From assembly GCA_009885285.1 (NCBI GenBank), contig VFKX01000093.1, positions 1 to 53,646 on the forward strand: a DNA stretch of 53,646 bases, in the 5' to 3' direction. This DNA comes from Candidatus Falkowbacteria bacterium (GTDB lineage Bacteria; Patescibacteriota; Patescibacteriia; Patescibacteriales; UBA12465). This document shows positions 21,666-31,419 of the stretch, in pieces. How positions within the stretch are numbered: the first letter of the stretch is position 1; every line of letters begins with the position of its first letter. The position numbers and the translations under genes were made by a program. The notes beneath the pieces are model-generated. The model did not search any database. It saw only the letters and a list, made by a program, of their open reading frames with translations, and was not told the DNA's origin.

Positions 21666-24041
21666 ATGTTCTCCGAACCATCAACCATTCTTTCGTCAGA
21701 GCTCGGTTCTCCGGCTCCGGTTGCTTCATCGGGAATACCGGATGCACCGTCGGAATCGCCAATTAAGAAGATTGTCGTGATTATCGGCGTGATTATCTTG
21801 GTCGTGGCCTTAGTGACGGGTATAATCTGGGCCGTTAAGAAGCTGATGGCTCCAAAAACGGAAACACCAGCGGTAATTGATACCGCTACGACGACTATCG
21901 GTCAGGTTCCGACCACTTTACCAAATTTAAATGGATCTGATAACGCTAGTTCAACTCAAGAGACAGCCTCTTCTTCTCTTCTGGCTATTGAATACTTATC
22001 CTTCGCTGACTTTTATAAAGCGCCGGATAATGCCATTGTGCCGAAGCTGAATGATTATCAACTGCCGCTTAATATTAAGATGGATGTGATGAATTATTAT
22101 GACGTCTCACGGAAATTAAGCTTAGATAATGTTCTTGATAAAATAAATAATAATGGCTTTGCCACGATTGATAATCCCTGGGCAAAACAAGCGACGGATT
22201 TTTATGCTGTCTATGCTAGTCTAGATGATAAGCAATTACCTCTCATGATTACCTCAGACTTCATGATTTACTATTATCAGAATATCATGAAGAAGACTTT
22301 TAAAGACGTGGAGGAAAATGTTTTCTACGATAATCTCTGGGATATTAATAAGGAGTTGTATGACACTGCCAAAAACCGCTATGAAACCCGCCTAGCCGCC
22401 ATCGGCAATGTTAATGATTCAATTTTGGAAGGGGAGCGTTTGGAGATGGCCTATTTTGCCGTGGCTCTCGAGTTGATGAAGCCGGCACCGAATCAGATGC
22501 CGGGGGTCCAAACAAATTCTAGTACTGGAGTATTCAGCGTGACCGATGTTGATCGTTTTTATTTCGTCACCCCGCCTTACCTCAAGGAAGATGTACTGGC
22601 CGAAGTCAATCTTATCCGCGAAGCGAAGCTGGCGGTTAAGTCTCCGGTCATGCTTTATAGCCGTGATTATAAAGGCTTCCAGGTGCCGTTTGACTATCGC
22701 ACCAATGCCAAACTTAATAATTTTTATTTGACGACTGCTTGGCTTAATTCTGTTTTTCCTTTGAATTATCGGAGCAAAGATTGTCAGACTTGTTTGATTG
22801 ATGTCGCTGATTGGCGAAATAATATGATTGCCGCCACTTTCATGGCTCAAGATTTTTCTAAGCTGCCGGGCCTGAAGAATAAATGGGCCCGCATATACAA
22901 AGTGATGTCCTTCTTTAAGGGTCTGCGCGACGATTTAAATTATGTGCAGTACCGCGATGCCATGATTGCTCTTTTCGGCAATGATTATGTGATTGAAGAT
23001 ATCTTTGCCGACAGCAATAAAGAGGCGGCGGCGAATCTTGAAAAATTACGATCAAAGGTAGCAGCAAATAAATTTTCGGAAATTTCTGGAGGTTTAAGTA
23101 AGTCAGACCCAACCCTGAAACCGCAATTAGGCTTTAAGCTGCTGGCAGAAAATTATTGGCCGAATAATTATATTTTCAGTAAATTAACTTATCCGAGCGT
23201 GGGCCTCTTCCAGGGCACAAGTACTAAAATTACCAATATTACAGCCTGCCGGACTAATACCGGTCAGATTCGCTGTAATGGCGTGGCCCTGGACATTGTC
23301 AGTCTGATTTATCCTGTTCCGACGAGCAACTATTTGGCGGAAAATATAAATTATAATGGCTATAGTAAAGCGCTGACTGGTTTGCAGGGGGAATTACAAC
23401 CTAGTATCTGGCACTCAAATAATTACTGGGCTAATTTAAGTCTGGTTAAATCAATGCTGACTATCAACAGTAGTAATCTGCCACTGTTTGCCCGGTCCGC
23501 TGCCTGGCAGGACAAATCTTTAATTACCGCCGCCGGAGCCTGGATAAATCTACAATTACCGCCTGATAAATTTTCGGTCGCTCCGACTGTTAAGAGTGCC
23601 GGTTTTGAAAATGCCGTCCACTGGAATGAAAATTCTTATGTCGAACCGAACTTGAATCTGGTAAATGAGTTGATAGCTAATGCTGCTATGATGACCGAGA
23701 TGTTCTCGGCCTTACAGTTAGAAACTGAAGTACGTTTTGCTTTGCAAGACTTACGCAATTTCTCTACCACTATGGAGGCGATGAAAGCGATTGTACTTAA
23801 GGAGTTGAACGGGGAAGAATTGAATTCAGCTGATAATGAAGCGATTGCTGCTTTCACTAAGCAATTTAAAACCGAAGCCGCCACCGCCTCAGAAAAGCAA
23901 TTGAGCATTAAATTACCGAATCAAAAAAATCCCCTGAAAGAGGATTTGAGCCGCTTGAAATTATTATTGATTGTCCATCAAGAAGGGGCTAATAAGATAT
24001 TTTCAGTGGGTCCCGTCTGGGATTATCAAGAGAGCCGCTAG
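21666..24041 (+). CDS. Membrane-anchored DUF3160-like extracytoplasmic protein
   Basis: N-terminal TM plus S/T-rich linker; PLMITSD, L-TA-GAW-L, YVEP and C-terminal VGPVWDYQE recalled as the DUF3160 pattern. Confidence 0.65.
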   Translation: MFSEPSTILSSELGSPAPVASSGIPDAPSESPIKKIVVIIGVIILVVALVTGIIWAVKKLMAPKTETPAVIDTATTTIGQVPTTLPNLNGSDNASSTQETASSSLLAIEYLSFADFYKAPDNAIVPKLNDYQLPLNIKMDVMNYYDVSRKLSLDNVLDKINNNGFATIDNPWAKQATDFYAVYASLDDKQLPLMITSDFMIYYYQNIMKKTFKDVEENVFYDNLWDINKELYDTAKNRYETRLAAIGNVNDSILEGERLEMAYFAVALELMKPAPNQMPGVQTNSSTGVFSVTDVDRFYFVTPPYLKEDVLAEVNLIREAKLAVKSPVMLYSRDYKGFQVPFDYRTNAKLNNFYLTTAWLNSVFPLNYRSKDCQTCLIDVADWRNNMIAATFMAQDFSKLPGLKNKWARIYKVMSFFKGLRDDLNYVQYRDAMIALFGNDYVIEDIFADSNKEAAANLEKLRSKVAANKFSEISGGLSKSDPTLKPQLGFKLLAENYWPNNYIFSKLTYPSVGLFQGTSTKITNITACRTNTGQIRCNGVALDIVSLIYPVPTSNYLAENINYNGYSKALTGLQGELQPSIWHSNNYWANLSLVKSMLTINSSNLPLFARSAAWQDKSLITAAGAWINLQLPPDKFSVAPTVKSAGFENAVHWNENSYVEPNLNLVNELIANAAMMTEMFSALQLETEVRFALQDLRNFSTTMEAMKAIVLKELNGEELNSADNEAIAAFTKQFKTEAATASEKQLSIKLPNQKNPLKEDLSRLKLLLIVHQEGANKIFSVGPVWDYQESR

Positions 24042-24059
24042 CCATAACATTGGATATTT

Positions 24060-24093
24060 AAAAAGAGCCAGAATTTTCATGCCTGGCTCTTTT
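24060..24093. terminator. Bidirectional terminator
   Basis: AAAAAGAGCCAG...CTGGCTCTTTT between convergent genes. Confidence 0.8.
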
Positions 24094-24103
24094 CTGTTTT
24101 GCG

Positions 24104-26077
24104 CTAGCGTTCGTATTTGAAGACAAAGACTTCATTGTTTATCGTCCACCATTTATCTGCTTCTAGCTTGGCTTCATTGATAATCCGGCCGCTCTGATAC
24201 CAGTACTTATTGATTACTAAATAGCCTGCATTAACCCCGGTCAGGTCCATCGCTTCGTTTATACGTGACTTGTTTGGGCTTTTGTAAACCATATCCAGAT
24301 AATAGGCGTAGAGCGGACTGCCGGTGGGGATCGGATAGAAATACAGTTCGCCGGCCTTGGTCTGGTAATAATGATTGAAACCGAAAGTTGCCAGAGCGCC
24401 AGCGCTGACTTGCTGATTAGCTAAAACTATATACGGTTCGCGCGCTTCATTTTCGATCGACGATACTGCTGCTAAATCATTGGCACTGGTGCTATAGCCG
24501 CGGCTATTATAATACTGATCAATTCGCGGATAGGAAATGTATAGGGCGGCGCACAGGAAGCTCGTCCCGAAGGCCAGCCAGATGATAATAGTTATAGTCT
24601 TTCTTTTTAAAATTTGGCCGATTAAATCATTTAAGGAAATAATTATTAGCGGTAAGAGGAAAATGATAATAGCAACTTGCAGGCGCTCGGCAAAACCGGA
24701 TTGCTCGTAATAGATAATATTGTTAAAAATAATCTGACTGCTTAAGAAATAGGCTACCAAGAGGGCGGAGCTGAGGGAAATCAGAATGGGTCTGATGGCC
24801 AGTAGGCTACTGTTCGCTTTTAGCTTACGCGCGCTCAAGTATATGGACAGAACAATAATTATGATTATTAAGAAATGGTAATTATAAGCTATCAGGTAAA
24901 TGAAATTCAGGACCAGGCTTTCTTGTCCGGAGCTATTGGGATGGCCGAAGATATTTAAGAATGAGACTAATAATACTTTAAACCCTCCGACATTCTTCAA
25001 GTTTGAGCCGGAGCTCAAGAAGAGCGCTAGAGGAATGGCGATAGCAGTGAATAGCCAGATAAGCGCGGCGATACATTTTCTGACTACAGGTTTAATACCG
25101 TCTTTATAGTTGTTAAGGGTAAGAGCAGCTGTTAAAGCTAGGGCTGGTAAGCCGGCTAAGGGATGGATGGCGGCGGAGGCCAGGGATAGGACGGCTACAC
25201 GTTTATAGTTGTCACTGGCAGCGGCTGATAAGACGGCCAGGACTAAAAAGAGGTAGCTGAGATTCTGGGGAGTGGTGGCAATAAACGGTGAGAATGTTAG
25301 GGTTAGTAAAAAGAGGATTGATAAGAAGATTGCTGGTGTATTCCCGAGTCGTTTATTTGAGAAGTTGAATATGGCTGCTGGAAGAAATATTGCGGCAAGA
25401 GCCGGTACTAAAAATATATTAATGGCATGAATACCAAGGCCGAAAACTCTATGAAGAATGGTGATTAAGCCATATTCGCCGAGATAATATGGAGTCTTAG
25501 GGAGAATATATCCCTGGACGGAAATTATTTCCAGAGCAGCTTGATGGATAAAAGGATCAAAGCCATAACCGATCTTATAAATAATGGCGGCTACGCTGAA
25601 GGAGAGAAAATAGAAGATAGAAACTAAAAATAACTTGAGGCGACGAGAGACAGGCGGTCTGGCGAGAGTAAGACATAATGATACGGCGCTTAGTCCGTAT
25701 GCCCAGAAGAAGCGGGGGTTAACTGTTTGCCAAGGGGATATTAAGGCTCGGTCACTAACTCCGGCCAGTAGATATTTACCAGCCAAAAATACTGACGATA
25801 GGAAAATAATTATTAAGGCATGGCTGAGAATCGCTGTTTTGGCTTGAGGGATTAATTTCGCCTCGTCCTGATCAGTGTTAATGAAGAATCTTTTAGTTGC
25901 CCAGAAGCTGACTCCAGTTAAGACTAGGGTTAAGATTATTCCTATGGCGTTAAGGGCGTATAGGTAATAGATAATGGCGCTCCAGATGATAACTAATGAG
26001 CATAAAAGCAGGGCATGATCCAGCCCAAAACTCTTAATGGGCAGATATTTTTCCAGTATTTTCAGGTATTTTGACAT
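24104..26077 (-). CDS. Polytopic membrane protein, possibly GT-C-fold glycosyltransferase; start moved to ATG 26077
   Basis: More than 12 TM segments, GYGFDPFIH loop, soluble C-terminal domain; TGcTATCAT box 8 nt before ATG 26077. Confidence 0.6.
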   Translation of the reverse strand: MSKYLKILEKYLPIKSFGLDHALLLCSLVIIWSAIIYYLYALNAIGIILTLVLTGVSFWATKRFFINTDQDEAKLIPQAKTAILSHALIIIFLSSVFLAGKYLLAGVSDRALISPWQTVNPRFFWAYGLSAVSLCLTLARPPVSRRLKLFLVSIFYFLSFSVAAIIYKIGYGFDPFIHQAALEIISVQGYILPKTPYYLGEYGLITILHRVFGLGIHAINIFLVPALAAIFLPAAIFNFSNKRLGNTPAIFLSILFLLTLTFSPFIATTPQNLSYLFLVLAVLSAAASDNYKRVAVLSLASAAIHPLAGLPALALTAALTLNNYKDGIKPVVRKCIAALIWLFTAIAIPLALFLSSGSNLKNVGGFKVLLVSFLNIFGHPNSSGQESLVLNFIYLIAYNYHFLIIIIIVLSIYLSARKLKANSSLLAIRPILISLSSALLVAYFLSSQIIFNNIIYYEQSGFAERLQVAIIIFLLPLIIISLNDLIGQILKRKTITIIIWLAFGTSFLCAALYISYPRIDQYYNSRGYSTSANDLAAVSSIENEAREPYIVLANQQVSAGALATFGFNHYYQTKAGELYFYPIPTGSPLYAYYLDMVYKSPNKSRINEAMDLTGVNAGYLVINKYWYQSGRIINEAKLEADKWWTINNEVFVFKYER

Positions 26078-26164
26078 ATACGTTAATGATAGCAAATTCT
26101 TGCTAAAATGGGCAATTTCGGATAACATTAAGGCAGATTCAGTCTGAATTACTTCAATAATTAC

Positions 26165-27955
26165 ATGTTTTTCAAAAAATATCTTAATCTAATCATCGTG
26201 ACCTTTTTAGCGTTAGGCTTCTTTGCGGCTACCGCTAGTTTTAATTATTTTAGTCAAGAAAATGATTATGTAAAATGGACCTCGCCTGATGAAACGGCTA
26301 ATTATTTCTTCACTAAGAATTTTGCCATGACCGGAGAGCTGGCTGTCATGGAAAAAGCTAACTTACTGGGTAATAACCTGGTCGTGCCGCGTAGCGTCAG
26401 GAGCGATCAGGGCTTCATAAAACCGGTCAGCTTCTTAGGCATTAGTTTGATTTATGGGACAATCGCTGCATTAACTGATATCTCAGTTATCCCGTATCTT
26501 ACTCCCTTTTTCGCCGCTCTAGGAATTATCGTTTTCTATCTTACCATCCGCCGAATATTTTCCGATCGGGTTGGTCTCTGGTCCGCCTTTATGTTAGCGG
26601 TCTTTCCAGCCTATACGTATTATACGGTCCGGAGTATGTTCCATAATGTTTTGTTTATTGTCATGCTGCTCTTCGGTTTATATTTTTTCTTATTGTCCCT
26701 CGCTGAACGAAGAGAAAAGATTTATTGTCGTTTTTTGACCTGGAAGTTGCCGGTCAGGACTTGGTTGGAATTTTTAGCGGCGGCTTTATCCGGTATTTTT
26801 ATCGGACTGACTGTCATCACTCGCACTTCGGAGATACTCTGGCTCTTGCCGTCGCTTTTAATTATTTGGGTATTTTATGCGCGGCGCTACGGACTGGTTA
26901 AGACTTTGATATTTATCGCCGGATTAGCCTTGCCGTTGCTTTGGGTGGCTTATTACAATCAGATTCTTTACGGCTCCTTCTGGTATGGCGGCTACAATGA
27001 AATGAATAAATCGCTGGAAGATATTGCCAAGTCTGGCGGAGCGATTCTGCAGTTCGGCTTAGGCATGGATAGTTTAGCTTATTATCGCGATTATTTTCTG
27101 ACTATCGCGAAAAATATTTTTTACTTTGGTTTTAATCCGGGATTATCTAAGTCCATGTTTATCAATTACGTGGTTAAGATGTTTCCGGTCCTATTTTATG
27201 CTGGTCTGGCCGGATTATTGTTCTTGATTGTTCAGAATTGTCGCCGCTTTAAGAAGAAGCACCTGGTCTATGTTTTGGTCTGGCTACTATTTAGTACTTT
27301 CTTGATTGTTTATTACGGCAGTTGGCGCTTTAATGATAATCCGGACGTTACCCGCTTCACTATCGGTAATTCCTATACCCGTTATTGGCTACCCTTCTAT
27401 CTCGGCTTGATGCCGCTCGCTTCCTTAGCCTTAATCCGCGTTTCGCGAGCGCTCCTACTGATGAGTTCGAAAACCGTTTCGCGGGTGCGCCGATGGGCAG
27501 CGACGGGATTGCAGGCTATGGCCACAGCAGTCTTCGCCGCAATTTCTATCCTTTTCGTTCTATTCGGCTCGGAAGAGGGCTTAATGTATCTTTATTATAA
27601 TAACCTGGCCGAGAGGGATAATACGCGCCTGATCTGGTCTTTAACTGAGCCGTCAGGCATCATTATTACGCGGTATTATGACAAGTTTTTTTGGCCGGAA
27701 CGCCGGATTATTATGGGCGCTTTGCCGGATGACGGGATTCTGCGGGCCGTCCAGCAGCTAGTTAATTATTACCCAGTGTATTATTATAATTTTTACTTGA
27801 AGCCGGTGGACGTCGATTATTTGAACAATAGTAAATTCACTCCATATTATTTAAGGATGAGTGAGGTTAAAAAAGTTAATCCGAAATTTGGCTTATATAA
27901 ATTAGAGCTGGCGACTAGCACTCCAGCTACCAGCACTTCTATGCTTAAGAAATAA
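26165..27955 (+). CDS. GT-C superfamily (PMT_2/GT39/ArnT-like) membrane glycosyltransferase
   Basis: SPDETANY (xDE) after the first TM, many TMs, RYWLP near the C-terminus. Confidence 0.7.
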   Translation: MFFKKYLNLIIVTFLALGFFAATASFNYFSQENDYVKWTSPDETANYFFTKNFAMTGELAVMEKANLLGNNLVVPRSVRSDQGFIKPVSFLGISLIYGTIAALTDISVIPYLTPFFAALGIIVFYLTIRRIFSDRVGLWSAFMLAVFPAYTYYTVRSMFHNVLFIVMLLFGLYFFLLSLAERREKIYCRFLTWKLPVRTWLEFLAAALSGIFIGLTVITRTSEILWLLPSLLIIWVFYARRYGLVKTLIFIAGLALPLLWVAYYNQILYGSFWYGGYNEMNKSLEDIAKSGGAILQFGLGMDSLAYYRDYFLTIAKNIFYFGFNPGLSKSMFINYVVKMFPVLFYAGLAGLLFLIVQNCRRFKKKHLVYVLVWLLFSTFLIVYYGSWRFNDNPDVTRFTIGNSYTRYWLPFYLGLMPLASLALIRVSRALLLMSSKTVSRVRRWAATGLQAMATAVFAAISILFVLFGSEEGLMYLYYNNLAERDNTRLIWSLTEPSGIIITRYYDKFFWPERRIIMGALPDDGILRAVQQLVNYYPVYYYNFYLKPVDVDYLNNSKFTPYYLRMSEVKKVNPKFGLYKLELATSTPATSTSMLKK

Positions 27956-27956
27956 T

Positions 27957-29294
27957 ATGAAGAAAAATAAAACCTACCACATTATTACTATCGGTTGCCA
28001 GATGAATCAGGTTGACAGCGAACGATTGTCTGCCTTTTTGGAGTCTTCTGGTTATAAATCATTGCCTGATTTTAAGAAGGCTGGTGTCGTAATTGTCAAT
28101 ACTTGCGGTATCCGCCAGATGGCCGAAGATCGAGCCTATGGCTTGGTTAATCAAGTCAGAAAATTCAATCCGGCCGCGCAAGTGGTCGTTACCGGCTGCC
28201 TAAGCAAACGAGCGGATGTCAAGAAACGGCTGGACGGGCGGGCAGACATTTTTTTGCCCATCAGTGAAATTATGCAGCTGCCAGGACTGCTCGAAGGTTT
28301 TGAATTTGAACCGCATTTCAGTCTCGATGAAGTTCGTTTAGAGCAGGGCGAAAAATATCTCGGCATTGCTCCGAACCATGAGAGCAAGTTTACCGCCTAT
28401 GTGCCGATTGGTAATGGTTGTAATAATTTTTGTGCTTACTGTGTCGTCCCTTATGCTCGCGGGCGGGAGGTCTATCGCCGCCAGGCTGATATTCTGAGGG
28501 AAGTCCGGGGGCTAGTTAAGAAGGGCTACAGGGAAATTATTCTTATCGCTCAGAACGTCAATAGTTATCATGATGAAGAGAAGCGCTTCCCGGGACTACT
28601 GCAGGCCGTCGTCAAGATTCCCGGCAAATTCTGGGTGCGTTTTTCATCCAGTCATCCGAAGGATATGAGCGACGATTTGATTAATGCCTTAGGGTCTTCT
28701 CCAAAACTTTGCCCGCATCTTCATTTAGCTGTGCAAGCTGGGGATGATGAAATTTTAAAAAAGATGAACCGGGGTTACACCTCAAAGCATTATCAAGGTC
28801 TGATTAAGAAGGTTCGAGATGTCCGACCAGGTATTTCTATTACGACCGATGTGATTGTCGGTTTTCCCGGAGAGACGAAAGCGCAATATGAAAATACAGT
28901 TAAGTTATTCAAGGTGGTTAAATTTGATTTAGCCTATATTGCCCAGTATAGTCCTCGCCCGGGGACAGTGTCGGCTGGTATGAAGGATAACGTTTCTCAA
29001 GATGAGAAGAAACGCCGTGCTAAGGAATTGAATGAAATTCTAAAAATCACGGCGGCCGCCAATAATCAAGCCTATCTCGGTAAAACTATCGAGGTGCTTA
29101 TTGAGGGGATTGATAAGCGCGGCCATTATTACGGCAAAGCCGGCTCTTATCAGACAGTGCGGATAAATACGGATATTAAAAAGGATAAGCGGTCCGGCTT
29201 GATTGGAGAATTTGCTTTGGTGATTATTGATAAGGCTTTACCTTTTGGCTTGGAGGGGGAATTAGCTCCAGTCGTCAAATCTTTGAAAAAATAA
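27957..29294 (+). CDS. miaB: tRNA methylthiotransferase MiaB
   Basis: GCQMN, NTC, TGC; radical-SAM CNNFCAYC; IVGFPGET; TRAM-like tail; adjacent to miaA. Confidence 0.93.
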   Translation: MKKNKTYHIITIGCQMNQVDSERLSAFLESSGYKSLPDFKKAGVVIVNTCGIRQMAEDRAYGLVNQVRKFNPAAQVVVTGCLSKRADVKKRLDGRADIFLPISEIMQLPGLLEGFEFEPHFSLDEVRLEQGEKYLGIAPNHESKFTAYVPIGNGCNNFCAYCVVPYARGREVYRRQADILREVRGLVKKGYREIILIAQNVNSYHDEEKRFPGLLQAVVKIPGKFWVRFSSSHPKDMSDDLINALGSSPKLCPHLHLAVQAGDDEILKKMNRGYTSKHYQGLIKKVRDVRPGISITTDVIVGFPGETKAQYENTVKLFKVVKFDLAYIAQYSPRPGTVSAGMKDNVSQDEKKRRAKELNEILKITAAANNQAYLGKTIEVLIEGIDKRGHYYGKAGSYQTVRINTDIKKDKRSGLIGEFALVIIDKALPFGLEGELAPVVKSLKK

Positions 29295-29296
29295 AT

Positions 29297-30244
29297 ATGG
29301 TTAAAAAAAATATAAAAAAAAATAAGCCCAAAATACTAGCTATCTTAGGTACAACTTCAGCTGGTAAAACTGGCGTAGCGGTTAAATTGGCAGCTAAATA
29401 TAATGGGGAAATTATTAGCGCTGACAGCCGCCAGGTTTATGTTGGCCTGGATATCGGGACCGGCAAGGACTTGGCAGAGTATAAGATTGGGCGAAAAAAA
29501 ATTCCATATCATTTGATTGATGTGGCTTCGCCCCAGACACAATTTGATTTGGCTAAATTTCAGAAACAGGCTTTAGTGGCCATTGAAGATATTTTGCAAC
29601 GCGGAAAATTGCCGATCGTTGCGGGCGGCAGCGGTCTTTATCTTCAGGCCTTGGTTGATAATTTTGATTTGTCGGAGGTAGGAGCTCATTCGGCGCAGCG
29701 GGATAAATGGGAGGCGCTCGGCGCCGTAAAATTATACGAGCTTATCACCAAGAAGAATCCGGATTTTGCCGGACGCTTGAATAATAGCGATAAGCACAAC
29801 GCCCGCCGCTTATCTCGGTATTTAGAAATAATTGAAAACGGCGACTTGAAAAAAGTTGGCAAGCAGTCAAGTTCTTATGATTGGCTCATTCTTGGCCTGG
29901 AGTGGCCTGATGATATTCTGCGCTTGCGGATTATTCAACGCTTGCTTGATCGCTTAGAAAAAGAAGGGTTGGTGGCAGAGGTGAAGAGGCTTAACGAAGA
30001 GGGTGTTTCCTCGGAGCGTTTGCAGGCTTTTGGCTTGGAATATAAATTCGTGTCGCGCCATCTGCTTGGCGAATTAAGCTATCCGGAATTAGTGGAGAAA
30101 TTGGGCTTTGCTCTATATCGTTTCGCTAAGCGCCAGAAAACCTGGTTTAGGCGCTGGGAGAAGCAGGGAGTTAAGATTGATTGGGTTAATGATCTTACTG
30201 TAGCGGAGAAGTTGATTGATGAGTGGCGAGTTGACTCTAAGTAA
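29297..30244 (+). CDS. miaA: tRNA dimethylallyltransferase
   Basis: GTTSAGKT, ISADSRQVY, GGSGLYL, FAKRQKTWFR. Confidence 0.96.
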   Translation: MVKKNIKKNKPKILAILGTTSAGKTGVAVKLAAKYNGEIISADSRQVYVGLDIGTGKDLAEYKIGRKKIPYHLIDVASPQTQFDLAKFQKQALVAIEDILQRGKLPIVAGGSGLYLQALVDNFDLSEVGAHSAQRDKWEALGAVKLYELITKKNPDFAGRLNNSDKHNARRLSRYLEIIENGDLKKVGKQSSSYDWLILGLEWPDDILRLRIIQRLLDRLEKEGLVAEVKRLNEEGVSSERLQAFGLEYKFVSRHLLGELSYPELVEKLGFALYRFAKRQKTWFRRWEKQGVKIDWVNDLTVAEKLIDEWRVDSK

Positions 30245-30281
30245 TCTCAACTCTGACACCGCTGGATTATTTTTAGATAAG

Positions 30282-30309
30282 AAAAAAAGCTATCTAATGG
30301 ATAGCTTTT
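30282..30309. terminator. Bidirectional terminator
   Basis: AAAAAAAGCTATC-TAATG-GATAGCTTTT. Confidence 0.8.
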
Positions 30310-30319
30310 ATGGTTATTG

Positions 30320-30571
30320 CTACAGGTAATACTTTTCCGTTTTCTTTCTAATTACCGACAGGTATACTGGATGATTTGATTTCCTGATCTTAATGTAAAT
30401 TCTGTTTAAAATTTGAAAAGGGAACTTAGCTATCGCCATAGCGTTAGTCAGCACCTCCTTTGTCCTAAACATTAGGTCAATTGAATTGGCAATATACTCT
30501 GGACTGGCGCCGTTCGCGTGTCCAGGCAGAAGCTCTTGAATAACTCTCTTCTGTTTTTGGCTGAATTTCAT
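30320..30571 (-). CDS. Hypothetical protein
   Basis: 83-aa ORF starting 2 nt after the upstream stop and followed by a terminator. Confidence 0.55.
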   Translation of the reverse strand: MKFSQKQKRVIQELLPGHANGASPEYIANSIDLMFRTKEVLTNAMAIAKFPFQILNRIYIKIRKSNHPVYLSVIRKKTEKYYL

Positions 30572-30573
30572 AA

Positions 30574-30819
30574 TTATTCTTCCGGCTCGTTATCTCCTGA
30601 CTTTGTCTCCGGTGTCTTTGGCAATGCTTCGATTATCCGTACGATGGGATAGAACATAAAACTGGATAAAACAATAATTGAGAGAATCATGACAAAGAAG
30701 GGCACCTTGGTGCAGACAGCGAAGACTTCTGACAGGGCAATAACGGTAAATGCAGCTAAAAGCATGGAAATTGTCCAGCTAAAGCTGAGTACAAGTGGAT
30801 TGATTTTTTTCTTATTCAT
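30574..30819 (-). CDS. Small 2-TM membrane protein
   Basis: Two TM segments; promoter TTGACA(30876-30871)-17 nt-CATACT upstream. Confidence 0.65.
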   Translation of the reverse strand: MNKKKINPLVLSFSWTISMLLAAFTVIALSEVFAVCTKVPFFVMILSIIVLSSFMFYPIVRIIEALPKTPETKSGDNEPEE

Positions 30820-30914
30820 CTTTTATATTTTAAAGTTCGATGCTAATAGTATGGTACATACTTTGGATAATGTCAAGTTATATGTAAAATTGCTAGTAAT
30901 TTTAGCTAAAATAT

Positions 30915-30944
30915 AAAAAAGCCATACTTTAAGGTATGGCTTTT
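30915..30944 (-). terminator. Intrinsic terminator
   Basis: AAAAAAGCCATAC-TTTAAG-GTATGGCTTTT. Confidence 0.8.
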
Positions 30945-30960
30945 GCATTTTTTGATGAAT

Positions 30961-31290
30961 TTAAGCACTTTTTTTGATTGATTGTTTATCAAGTAGCTTA
31001 GTTATTGGATTGATAAGTAGCACGTCGATGACAACTGCTGGGACTATTATCATATAAACTGGGGTATTCAATATAAACTGACGAGGATTTGGTAATATTA
31101 GCATGAAAATTATAAACAAAGCTATTGTTAAAATTAATGCATAGCATATTGCTATAATCATATTATCAAAGTGTTTACGTTCTTTTTTGGTTTCTTCTAA
31201 TTCCTCTTTCCACATATCAGCCATATCTCGGCCATGGTTTATCAGTATTTTTACAGAATCATTATCTTCTGTTAATTCTTTCTTTTCCAT
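30961..31290 (-). CDS. Small 2-TM membrane protein
   Basis: Charged N-terminus then two TMs; promoter TTGACA(31371-31366)-17 nt-TATGAT. Confidence 0.7.
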   Translation of the reverse strand: MEKKELTEDNDSVKILINHGRDMADMWKEELEETKKERKHFDNMIIAICYALILTIALFIIFMLILPNPRQFILNTPVYMIIVPAVVIDVLLINPITKLLDKQSIKKSA

Positions 31291-31375
31291 TTTTTGAATT
31301 ATTTAATTGTTAATAATACGAAATTTCTTATTTATTGATTATATCATATCATTTATCTGGTATTTTGTCAAGGCA

Positions 31376-31407
31376 AAGAAAAAGCCTCAGTTTAGTGAGG
31401 CTTTTCT
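31376..31407 (-). terminator. Terminator after gatB
   Basis: AAAAAGCCTCA-GTTTAG-TGAGGCTTTT. Confidence 0.8.
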
Positions 31408-31419
31408 TGATTCTTTGAC

